From the NCBI GenBank assembly GCA_043718025.1, contig JAYSWN010000121.1:1-27281 (forward strand): a stretch of DNA of 27,281 bases, written 5' to 3'. Shown here in pieces: positions 7,685-16,279 of the stretch (position 1 is its first letter; each line of letters opens with the position of its first letter). The DNA is from Pseudomonadota bacterium. GTDB taxonomy: Bacteria; Bdellovibrionota; FAC87; UBA2466. The notes below the pieces were generated by a model that saw only the letters and a program-made list of their open reading frames with translations, was not told the DNA's origin and searched no databases. Made by a program: the position numbers and the translations under genes.

Positions 7685-8778
7685 CTACGGCGCCGGGTTA
7701 CTCGCTAACGTATCCCCCAACGAATAGCTAAATACCAACGTGGCACCCAGGCCGTTCTGCGCGAATCGACCCGAGCCGGTCGGATTATTAAACGGAACAA
7801 ACGTTCCGGTAGACCAAAAATAAAATAGTCCTACGCCGGTGCGCACCCGATCGGCCTGCCAGGTCACGCCCCCGGTGACGCCCGAAAAGTTCTGCCGGAT
7901 GTCCCCTTCCACCTGATTAGCCGCGGGTTTCGTGGACGGGTTATAAAAATATCCCGCGGCAAACACCATTTCTCGGGAAGCATTCACCTCCAGCCCCACA
8001 TTAAAGCGTGGACCCGCTTGAACCTCGGTTACGTTGCTAAATGAGGAGCCCGGGTAAAGATCAAACTTGGTTCCCGCCTGAAAACTTACGTCAGTAAGCA
8101 GTCGCACCGCTTCGCTAAAATGCCAGGTGGCCCCCAGCCCGGCATCAAGCGGGATAAAGGCGCGGGCCTCCATTTTTTTTCTTCCTTGCTGGCAATCGTC
8201 TGCACAGTACCGTTAGTTGTCTGCTGATAATTAAATCCATCGCCCGACCCCGAAAAGTGAATTGAGGGCAGACGCACCCGCAGGCCCAGGTCGACAAACT
8301 CGGCCGGGTGCCACCTTAACCCCACCGCCGCGGTGAGGTTAATCACGCTTGATTTGGTGTTGGGGGTAGTGAACGAGATACGGTTGTTTAGCTTAAGCAC
8401 TTCGGGGATCAGCACCGAGAATGCCAACGCCCAGTCGCTCCAGCGGGTCACCGAAATTACCGTGGCGGGAATGGAATCAAAACCCGAGGCACTGTAATCC
8501 TCGTCGGATCCGTCAACGCGAAACAGCGGTGACGCTTTAACGTCTTGCAGCATGTAGGTACTGCCACTCACCGAAAGACTTGATTGCTTAAGCAACGACA
8601 GGCCCGCGGGGTTGTAAAAAACGGCGGCTGAGCTGGGGGCCCCCGCAATTCCCGCGTTGCCGGTAAGCACTTCGCGTTCGCCAAAGGGAAGCAGGGCGGG
8701 ATTTTCTAGGGTGGCGAAAGCATACGGGGATAGCACGAACAGGTGCAGACCGAAAAAATGCAGCAGGGCGTTTCTCAC
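7685..8778 (-). pseudogene. FadL/OmpP1-like outer-membrane barrel, frameshifted at an A8 tract
   Basis: Signal peptide then PFGEREVLTGNAGIA...AVFYNPAGLSLL (FadL N-terminal NPA motif). The barrel C-terminus lies in a different frame (7685-8173); the frames switch at T8 (8173-8180). Confidence 0.7.
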
Positions 8779-8902
8779 CCCCAGATTCTAGCCTGAGTGA
8801 CTGGATAGGAGCAGACCGTTTGCTAGCAGCAAAAATTAAACGAAGGATGGAAGTCCGACACAAATGCCTGGCAATTGGTGTTTCTGCTCAAGGGCGAGCC
8901 GC

Positions 8903-8934
8903 GGGCTCGAACCTATGACCTCCGCCGTGTGAAG
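8903..8934 (-). repeat. second duplicated tRNA-Val segment (att-like junction between islands)
   Basis: GGGCTCGAACCTATGACCTCCGCCGTGTGAAG, 32/32 identical to 18608-18639. Confidence 0.9.
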
Positions 8935-9081
8935 ATCGGCCAAGCTTCCGTACTTTGAGGTCCACTTGTGCGGGCTCTCGGCCATCGCCCCCACTCACTC
9001 GAGCCCTCTAGGATGAATTTTCTAGGCACAACTCATGTCCGACTCGGACGAGGATGGCGGCTCGTCTGACATGCCAGAAGG

Positions 9082-11112
9082 TTAACCGTGCCTTAACCCG
9101 ATGGGTTGGACATCCCTGTACCCGGGGTTGTTGGGCCGGGTCAGCACAATCTGGTAGAGCTGCAACCATCGACTCTCGAACTCGGCCTCGCAACTAGCCA
9201 GGTAAAATTGCCAGGTGCGGATGAAGCGTTGGTCAAATCCTAAGGCCTTAACTTCATCGGTCTTACGGCTGAAGTTGTCCTGCCAGTGCCGGAGGGTGAG
9301 CGCATAATGGGGCGCTAGATTTTCTAAGCTGTCGACCACCAGTCTGGAGTGATTGGTTACCGCCTGGAGTATCGAGTTGAGGCTCGGGAGGTGGCTACCC
9401 GGGAAAATGTGGCGCTGTATCCAGTCTTGGCGTTTCAAGTACTCAGCGTGATCGTAGTCGGGGTAAGCAATTACCTGTAACACCACCACGCCGTTCGGTT
9501 TGAGTAGCTTTTCGATCGTAGCGAAAAACTCCCCCAAGTAGCGCTTTCCAACGGCTTCCATCATTTCAATCGAGACGATGCGATCAAACTGCCCTTCAGT
9601 GTGCCGGTAGTCCTGGAGGCGGAAATCGATTTTATCAGCTTGTCCCGATTGCAATGCTCTTTCACGGGCCACCGTGAGCTGTTCTTGCGAAAGGGAAATG
9701 CTTGTGACCCTACAATTCGTTTGCTTCTGCGCACGCAACGCCATGGCGCCCCAGCCCGATCCGATCTCGAGTAACGATCCTCCTTCGGGGATCTGGGCTT
9801 TGGCCAAGATGGAGTCCATTTTGTTTTCTTGGGCCTTCTGCAGCGTGTCCTCTGCGGAGGCAAACCGCGCAGACGAGTAGGTGAGAGTAGTATCCAAGAA
9901 AAGTCCAAAAAAGTCGTTGCTCAAATCGTAATGGGCCGAAATGTTCTTTCGGCTATTGCGTAAAGAATTGCTCCGCAAACCGTGCTCCAGACGAAGGGCC
10001 CACCTAAAAGGCTTCAGTAAATTGAGCTGGGCCTCCGGCAGACAATGGGCGTTATTGAGAAGCAAATAGATGACCCCGGCCAGATCGTCGGTTTCCCAAT
10101 CACCGGCCTGAAAGGACTCACCCAACCCAATACCGCCGTCACGCACGAGTCGCGGAAACAAAGAGTAGTTTCGCAATCTCAACTTGGCCGTGGTCGGACT
10201 ACCCGGATCTCCGAAAGTCTCCACGCTACCATCGGGATAAGTGATTTCGAGATTCCCATTGTCGAGGTTGCGGATAAATCGGCGTACGAAGCGAACGCAA
10301 AAGCGTTCCCAGGCCGTTGCCGGGGCAATCCCGATGGTCCACTCGCTAGAGGGGTGAGGCTTAGAAATGATCGGTAATTTTTTCTGAAAATGCAATCGAG
10401 CCGCTTGCCAGTAGATACGGGGGATCGAGAGTGCGGCCGTAAGAGGAAACTTTACAATTGTCTTTAGGATGGTTGGATCATTCATGGTGAGGGCCTCTCC
10501 GCGCAAGCGAGCCAAAAACCAAGGCTGGTCATCGCGCAAAATATCGATTCGGATATCCACCTTGTCGCTGATCTCCGAGAAATAAAAGTCGTACTGCCCC
10601 TCAATCTCGTTGAAGGGTGAAACGTGAAAAGCTCTATCGACGGTGTAGCGCTTAGCAAAACCGGGGCGGGCCTCCCGATCGCGATCCAACACGTACAGAT
10701 GTTTCTCTTTGAACGTGTTGTAAACCTCAGCGACGGTGTAGGCAATGGTGCCATCGGCAAGATAGCAGTAATAAAAGTTGACCGGATTAAAAACGTAATT
10801 GAAAAAACGTGCCGCTGTCATCAACTCCACCCGCGTAATCGGCACTCGGCAATTCGCGGCAGTAAGAAAATGGAGTAGTTTTTCCTTGATTGGGCGAGCC
10901 TCGGGTGTGAGGTAGTCGGTATCATGAATGGCCACCGGCCTTAGTGCATTATGGCCAAATAAAACACTGCGCGAAGCCACTTCCGGTAAGCGATCTAGAT
11001 CGAAGCAGTACCAATAGAGCGGATACGAGAAATCGTGCCTTACCGGAGCGAGGCGAGTGTGCGTCACCCTCCCCCGAAAGATTCGCGCGGGAATCAGCGG
11101 TTTCGACATCAT
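9082..11112 (-). CDS. fusion of DUF1365 (UfaO-like) and Cfa-family fatty-acyl phospholipid methyltransferase (UfaM-like)
   Basis: N-terminal GRVTHTRLAP, FNPVNFYYCY, AEVYNTF, FHVSPF, IYWQA (DUF1365). C-terminal NISAHYDLSNDFF, LLEIGSGWG, FDRIVSIEMMEAVG, HIFPGSHLP (Cfa). Confidence 0.9.
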   Translation of the reverse strand: MMSKPLIPARIFRGRVTHTRLAPVRHDFSYPLYWYCFDLDRLPEVASRSVLFGHNALRPVAIHDTDYLTPEARPIKEKLLHFLTAANCRVPITRVELMTAARFFNYVFNPVNFYYCYLADGTIAYTVAEVYNTFKEKHLYVLDRDREARPGFAKRYTVDRAFHVSPFNEIEGQYDFYFSEISDKVDIRIDILRDDQPWFLARLRGEALTMNDPTILKTIVKFPLTAALSIPRIYWQAARLHFQKKLPIISKPHPSSEWTIGIAPATAWERFCVRFVRRFIRNLDNGNLEITYPDGSVETFGDPGSPTTAKLRLRNYSLFPRLVRDGGIGLGESFQAGDWETDDLAGVIYLLLNNAHCLPEAQLNLLKPFRWALRLEHGLRSNSLRNSRKNISAHYDLSNDFFGLFLDTTLTYSSARFASAEDTLQKAQENKMDSILAKAQIPEGGSLLEIGSGWGAMALRAQKQTNCRVTSISLSQEQLTVARERALQSGQADKIDFRLQDYRHTEGQFDRIVSIEMMEAVGKRYLGEFFATIEKLLKPNGVVVLQVIAYPDYDHAEYLKRQDWIQRHIFPGSHLPSLNSILQAVTNHSRLVVDSLENLAPHYALTLRHWQDNFSRKTDEVKALGFDQRFIRTWQFYLASCEAEFESRWLQLYQIVLTRPNNPGYRDVQPIGLRHG

Positions 11113-12404
11113 AGGGCTCCCGAGAAAAAGGCGCCCACCCGAACCGCGGAACGAACTGCATCTTCATGGAAACCAAAGCCGTGATAACTGCCGCTAAAAA
11201 AAGTACGGTTCTCGCCCGCATGGCGATTCAATTGCTTTTGCGACTCGATAGCCGCCGTCGAAAATACCGGATGGCGGTATTGGATCTCCTTTACGATGCG
11301 TTTGGGATCAATCGCTCTTTCCGGATTCAAGCTAACGCAATAGGTCTCCTGTAGATCCAGTCCTTGCAGCAGGTTCATGTTGTAAGTAATCGGAACACCG
11401 CCCTGGTTTTTCCGAGCCCGCTCTCGCCGGTAGTTCCAGGATGCCCAAGCTCGCTTGAGAGGTGGAAGGTGGGATACGTCGGTGTGGAGAACGGTGAGGT
11501 TCGTCTTGTAATCCCAAGCGCCAAAAAGTCGTCTCTCGTCATCACTGGCAGGGCTCAATAAGGGGAGAACCTGGTTGGCGTGTACTGCTACGACGACGTA
11601 ATCAAAGCTGCGCCGCTCTCCTCCGGACAAAACCAACTCAACGCGGTCCGCATGGCGGATGATTTTGGACACGCCGCTCCCGAGCCGTAACTCACCTCGA
11701 AATACCTTTTGAAAGGCCTTTACGTAGGAAAAACTGGCGCCCACGACAGTTTGCCAACGGGGTTGATCGCGATAGCCCAAAAGGCCATGGTTCTTAAAGA
11801 AGTGCACGGTCGACTCCGCACTGGCGTTGGCCATTTCTTCCGCCGGGGCCGACCAGATGGCGCCCGCCATGGGCAAAATATAGTGTTCCTGCGTGACGGA
11901 TGGGATGTTCGCCCGCTCCAAAAATTGCCCCAGCGTCTGGCCTTCCAGTTCGTGCAATCGGTGGGCCCGTTCGGCGGCCCGCCAAAAACGAAAAATTCCC
12001 TCGACCAGGCGATAAAAAAGCGGGCGAGCAAGATTGCGGTACTGGCAGAACAGATGGGCCAAGGTGCGACTTCCGTAAATCAAATCATCTTGCTCGGAGT
12101 AGTAACTGAACGACATGTCGGCATATCGGACAGGCACGTCGAGGCAGCGAAGGAACTTATGAAAATTAGGATAGGTGCGATCGTTGAGTACGATAAAGCC
12201 GGTATCAATGGCGTGGCCCGCGTCGGGCCCATCGGTCAAAAGGATGGAGTTGGTGTGCCCCCCTAGATAAGGCGCCGCTTCGAACAGGGAAACACGATGA
12301 TGCTGGGCCGCTAAGTGCGCCGAAACGATTCCGGCCACGCCCCCACCCACGACAGCGACCTGGCTTCCAAGTGGAATAGACGAGGTCAAGCTACCGAGCT
12401 CCAA
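11109..12404 (-). CDS. FAD-dependent oxidoreductase, amine-oxidase family (UfaD-like desaturase)
   Basis: VAVVGGGVAG, LGGHTNS, DTGFIVLNDRTYPNF, PMAGAIWS, AWASWNY, GSYHGFGFHEDAVRSA. Confidence 0.9.
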   Translation of the reverse strand: MELGSLTSSIPLGSQVAVVGGGVAGIVSAHLAAQHHRVSLFEAAPYLGGHTNSILLTDGPDAGHAIDTGFIVLNDRTYPNFHKFLRCLDVPVRYADMSFSYYSEQDDLIYGSRTLAHLFCQYRNLARPLFYRLVEGIFRFWRAAERAHRLHELEGQTLGQFLERANIPSVTQEHYILPMAGAIWSAPAEEMANASAESTVHFFKNHGLLGYRDQPRWQTVVGASFSYVKAFQKVFRGELRLGSGVSKIIRHADRVELVLSGGERRSFDYVVVAVHANQVLPLLSPASDDERRLFGAWDYKTNLTVLHTDVSHLPPLKRAWASWNYRRERARKNQGGVPITYNMNLLQGLDLQETYCVSLNPERAIDPKRIVKEIQYRHPVFSTAAIESQKQLNRHAGENRTFFSGSYHGFGFHEDAVRSAVRVGAFFSGAL

Positions 12405-13443
12405 AAAGATAGTGACTCACGTACCATTCGCGTCCATCGCGATAGGAGAAAAGTTCAGCGCATGCCATAAAAAACAAGCTCCAACGGTAGAACCATCGCT
12501 CGGCCTCTTCACGGCCGTATGTTTCTGCCAGAACTCCCACGACTTGGGAGCGCTTACGCTTCATGTTTCCAAGCCAATCTTCCGCGGTTTTTGCGTAGTG
12601 CGTGCCCGATACTCGCCACTGTTTTTGAACGGCGAAATGATCGGGGTAGCGTAGCAACAAATCGTCACTAGGCATCATGCCTCCGCTAAAGAAGTTTCTT
12701 CCCATCCAATTGCCTAGCCCTTCGTTGCCGTAAAGATAGGCATAGAGCCGGTGGCAAAATATATGGATGAAGAGTTTGCCATCCTCTTTTAACCAACTCC
12801 GTACTCGCGATAAGAGCTTACGATGATTGCGCATGTGTTCGAACATCTCGACAGACACCACACGGTCGAACTTTTGCGAAATCGAAAACTCATTGATATC
12901 GCAAGTAATGACCCTGAGGTTTGTCAGCTCGCGCGCGCGGGCCTGCGCGAGTATGTACTCCCGCTGGCTATTCGAGTTGGACAACGCCGTTATCTGGCAT
13001 GCCCGAAAGCGCTCCGCCATGAAGAGTGTGAGGGATCCCCAGCCGCAGCCGAGCTCAAGAACGTTTTGGCCATCGGAAATCTCGGCGCGCTCACAAGTCA
13101 GGGACAACATGTGACGTTCCGCTTCGTCCAGAGATTCCAAGCCGGTGGGGTAGTAGCCGGAGCTGTACTTACGATGTTTTCCCAGAGCGAGGGAGAAGAA
13201 CTCGCTCGGCACTTCATAGTGCTGCTCGTTGGCTTTCTCAGGAACCACCGCGATATCGGCCTGAACACAGCTTTCGATGAAGGCCATGAGCGAACCGCAT
13301 TCGAGTTCGACATCTCGCTTACGTTCTTCATGCAGGCGAAGCTTGCAGTTGGCACGAATACCTAACCGGACAACGGGCTCTGGGACTTTTCCTGTCTCTA
13401 GGAGATTAATGATGAAATCTTGGAAACTGGCACGCCGAAACAT
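12391..13443 (-). CDS. SAM-dependent methyltransferase, Cfa/coclaurine N-methyltransferase-like
   Basis: ANEQHYEVP, LGKHRKYSS, VLELGCGWGSL, SNSNSQR, FDRVVSVEMFEHMRN, FFSGGMMPS; start taken at ATG 13443 (track start 13479). Confidence 0.9.
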   Translation of the reverse strand: MFRRASFQDFIINLLETGKVPEPVVRLGIRANCKLRLHEERKRDVELECGSLMAFIESCVQADIAVVPEKANEQHYEVPSEFFSLALGKHRKYSSGYYPTGLESLDEAERHMLSLTCERAEISDGQNVLELGCGWGSLTLFMAERFRACQITALSNSNSQREYILAQARARELTNLRVITCDINEFSISQKFDRVVSVEMFEHMRNHRKLLSRVRSWLKEDGKLFIHIFCHRLYAYLYGNEGLGNWMGRNFFSGGMMPSDDLLLRYPDHFAVQKQWRVSGTHYAKTAEDWLGNMKRKRSQVVGVLAETYGREEAERWFYRWSLFFMACAELFSYRDGREWYVSHYLFGAR

Positions 13444-13532
13444 CGAAGCTCGTATATCATTTCTTATCAGGGTAAACAAAAATTCGGCTGGTTTTCTTGA
13501 GTGGATCCGGCAAATCGATGAAAGGTCGTATC

Positions 13533-13940
13533 ATGTATGCCAAACTGTTTCTGATCGCGCTTCCGGTGTTTTTTTTGCTCGACATGCTTTGGCTCGGCCT
13601 TGTGGCCAAGAAGTTCTACCGAGACCAGATCGGTTTCATGCTCAAGGACGAAGTCAACTGGCCGGCTGCGGTGACTTTTTACCTGCTCTTTGTGGCAGGT
13701 CTGGTCCATTTCGTGATCCATCCAGCCCTAGAAAAGGGACAGTGGTCGACGGCCCTATTGAACGGTGCGTTTTTCGGGCTGGTTACCTATGCCGCGTACG
13801 ACCTCACCAACTTGGCTCTCACCAAAGACTGGCCATTGGCAGTGACTCTGGTCGACCTTCTGTGGGGCATGGTTTTGGCGGGTTCGGTGTCGGTTGTCTG
13901 CTTTTTAATCGCGCAGAAAGTCGCCCCCAACTTTGGATAA
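13533..13940 (+). CDS. DUF2177-family membrane protein
   Basis: FFLLDMLWLGLVAKKFY, GAFFGLVTYAAYDLTNLA, W...TLVDLLWG. Confidence 0.88.
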   Translation: MYAKLFLIALPVFFLLDMLWLGLVAKKFYRDQIGFMLKDEVNWPAAVTFYLLFVAGLVHFVIHPALEKGQWSTALLNGAFFGLVTYAAYDLTNLALTKDWPLAVTLVDLLWGMVLAGSVSVVCFLIAQKVAPNFG

Positions 13941-13955
13941 GCGCTTTGCGTTTGA

Positions 13956-14063
13956 TGGTGGAGGCTACGCCAATCTAGTCGAACCAAGGACAGTGGTACT
14001 GGAGTACCCGGCCCGATGGGAAAAGCCGCGTATTGACCTGGACGAGCTGGCAAAACTCCGACA
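13956..14063 (+). repeat. 108-bp direct repeat copy 1 (truncated HTH gene 5' part)
   Basis: 100/108 identical to 14560-14667. Confidence 0.9.
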
Positions 14064-14108
14064 TGATTTTTGATGCCATATAGCCATAAACCCGACTGGG
14101 AGCAAAAG

Positions 14109-14486
14109 ATGAACATCCGTCAGCTATTTCTTTTGGTGACTGCAGTAGGTTTGACCCCCATTGCCCTGTCGTACGGATTGATGCCGCAGAATAGCCTGGG
14201 CTCGCTGTTCGACATTACCGTCTCCAATACCAACGGAATCCATGTGTTTCGCGCCATCATGGGCCTGTATCTGGGCTTAATATCATTCTGGATCATCGGC
14301 GCATTCAAAGTACATTTAAGGCAGCCCGCCTTGTACAGCCTCATCGTATTCATGTTGGGCTTGGCCGCAGGCAGAATCTTAAGCTTCGTAGTAGACGGCG
14401 CGCCGCACTGGTTGCTGAGCGTCTACATGGTATTGGAACTTGCCCTCGGCATTGTCGGCCTTCTGATATTGAAAAGACCGGATTAG
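14109..14486 (+). CDS. DUF4345-family membrane protein
   Basis: PIALSYG..P, HVFRAIMGLYLG, FMLGLAAGRILSFVVDGAP, LEL; four TM helices. Confidence 0.82.
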   Translation: MNIRQLFLLVTAVGLTPIALSYGLMPQNSLGSLFDITVSNTNGIHVFRAIMGLYLGLISFWIIGAFKVHLRQPALYSLIVFMLGLAAGRILSFVVDGAPHWLLSVYMVLELALGIVGLLILKRPD

Positions 14487-14548
14487 CGAGGTAAGTCAAA
14501 CCCGCATCTATCCCTCGCTTCGGACATTTCACAATCGATAACCGGCTC

Positions 14549-14770
14549 TTGTCGGTTGGTGGTGGGCGCTACGCCAAAGTAGTCGAACCAAGGACAGTGG
14601 TACTTGAGTACCCGGCCCGATGGAAAAAGCCGCGCATTTACCTGGACGAGCTGGCAAAACTCCGACAGGCGGGGTGGCGGACAAGGCAGCTTGCCGCGCA
14701 TTTTGGCGTGGGAATCTCGACCGTCAAGATGGCTTATGCCCGCTTACGCTCTCACCGCAGGGTGCCGTAG
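14549..14770 (+). CDS. small helix-turn-helix protein (start uncertain)
   Basis: LAKLRQAGWRTRQLAAHFGVGISTVK is a clear HTH. Confidence 0.6.
   Translation: MSVGGGRYAKVVEPRTVVLEYPARWKKPRIYLDELAKLRQAGWRTRQLAAHFGVGISTVKMAYARLRSHRRVP
14560..14667 (+). repeat. 108-bp direct repeat copy 2
   Basis: 100/108 identical to 13956-14063; begins TGGTGGGCGC like the tRNA-Val 3' end. Confidence 0.9.
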
Positions 14771-14859
14771 CTTAGGTGAGAACTTCAGCCCTTAAAGTGC
14801 CGTCGGGTGGGTGAGACGGAACACTCCTCAAATAATGCCAGACTCCAACAGGCCTTAGC

Positions 14860-14894
14860 TTGCAATATGATATACTATTAAATATAGTATATCA
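14860..14894 (+). promoter_or_regulatory. sigma70 promoter with palindromic operator
   Basis: TTGCAA (14860-14865)-N17-TATAGT (14883-14888); perfect inverted repeat TGATATACTAT-N5-ATAGTATATCA (14868-14894). Confidence 0.75.
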
Positions 14895-14898
14895 CAGG

Positions 14899-15213
14899 AT
14901 GCTTAAGGCTAAACCTCTTCGCAATCAACGAATCGTTCTGGAACAGGGGCGATTCGTGGTGGAGATCAAGGCATTTGAGGTGCCGGCCAGTCGGCCGTTT
15001 CCCAAAGGGGTCAAACTCAAATGCGTGTTGATCGATATGGAGCGAAAGAAGCCTATCCTGTTGCTCGATAATCACGAACCCTTCGGGTTCCATTTGCACA
15101 CGCGCCTTCCCGAAGATTCTGACTTCCGGGTGTCGCTCGATATTGAGGACTACAACGAAGCAATCCGCTTTTTCTTCGCCGAGGTCAGAAAGGTGGTTTC
15201 ACATGAAGAGTAA
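14899..15213 (+). CDS. DUF6516/TumE-like putative toxin
   Basis: VEIKAFEVP...FPKGVKL...LLLDNHEPFGFHLH...FFAEV matches the P.G.K...DN....G.H.H pattern; ATG 14899 lies just after the promoter. Confidence 0.7.
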   Translation: MLKAKPLRNQRIVLEQGRFVVEIKAFEVPASRPFPKGVKLKCVLIDMERKKPILLLDNHEPFGFHLHTRLPEDSDFRVSLDIEDYNEAIRFFFAEVRKVVSHEE

Positions 15214-15610
15214 GACGATGACAGTTGGGTTCAAAAGCCTTGAGGACATGGAGAATGATCTTCTTGCACTCCCGAAGCGCAAAAGACCAGAGATCCAGCC
15301 CAGAGACGTAATCTACTTTGACTCCCTTGGCTCGTTTCGGAGTTTCATGACGATCCAAAAGCTAGAAATCCTGACTCTGATTGCCAATGCCAAGCCTAAG
15401 TCCATCTACGAGCTAGCGAAGATGCTCAATAGAGCTATCGCCCCCGTCCAAAAGGACTGCCAGTCGTTGGCGGCGACTGGTTTTATCGAGTTCGGTAAGG
15501 AGAAAGGTGGCAGGGGCACGCTGACGCCTAAGTTGATTTTCAATTACGATCGCATCCTAGTAAAGCTGCCAGCGCACCCGTACGAACTTCAATTCAGCTC
15601 GGCGGCTTAG
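15203..15610 (+). CDS. wHTH putative antitoxin (HVO_A0114-like)
   Basis: IYFDSLGSFRSFMTIQKLEIL...KPKSIYELAKMLNR..APVQKDCQSLAATGFI...P...YDRI; overlaps the upstream gene. Confidence 0.78.
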   Translation: MKSKTMTVGFKSLEDMENDLLALPKRKRPEIQPRDVIYFDSLGSFRSFMTIQKLEILTLIANAKPKSIYELAKMLNRAIAPVQKDCQSLAATGFIEFGKEKGGRGTLTPKLIFNYDRILVKLPAHPYELQFSSAA

Positions 15611-16279
15611 GACATGAAAATGAAGTATGGACTGCGCGCCGTTTTAGAAAAAATATTTCTGGCCGAAAGTCCCATTGCTCCTGCTTCTCGCGAGCCCTAT
15701 CCTACGACTGCAAAGCTACCTGGTGAGAAGTTTTCTCTCGATCATAAGTCTTTCGAGCGGAATTATGCCGTCCCTGTGATGACCTATTGCTGAGGTCATC
15801 GGGCTGACGGTCACCGTTACACTGTGGGTAGGCTCACTGACGGACAGGCAGTATAAAGGGCCATTTCCAGCCAGTCGGCAAATAGCCATAAATGTATTTA
15901 CGGGCAATAAGAGCCCCGAAACGCCGTCTGACGCGTTGTAAAGGCCGCGAACCTCTCTATACGAGAACATCCTCTCTTAGTTGTGTTGGTCGGTAGATTT
16001 ACCGATGGATTTGATAAGTTCCCGATTGACCTTCGTAGCGTCACGGATGTCGCGACGAATCGCTTCACAATCGAAGCCCGGCGCCTATAAATAGTACGCG
16101 TCGTTAACGCCCATCTCTTCCGCGAAGGGCCCTTTGTATCCCTGAACAAAGGTTTCGTACCCCTCCAGCTTTTCCCTTTTTAGCGCTGTCAAAAACTAGA
16201 GTAAAACCGTGTCCGGGAGTAAGTGGGTACCGTATCTGATGGCGCAGCAAAAAGCTGCATGGCAAAGTAGAATATATCA

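Noticed and set aside
5728..13978. Long antisense or overlapping ORFs (5728-6192, 11709-12266, 12823-13365, 13277-13978 and others)
   Set aside because: Shadow frames of well-supported genes in GC-rich sequence, with no motifs of their own.
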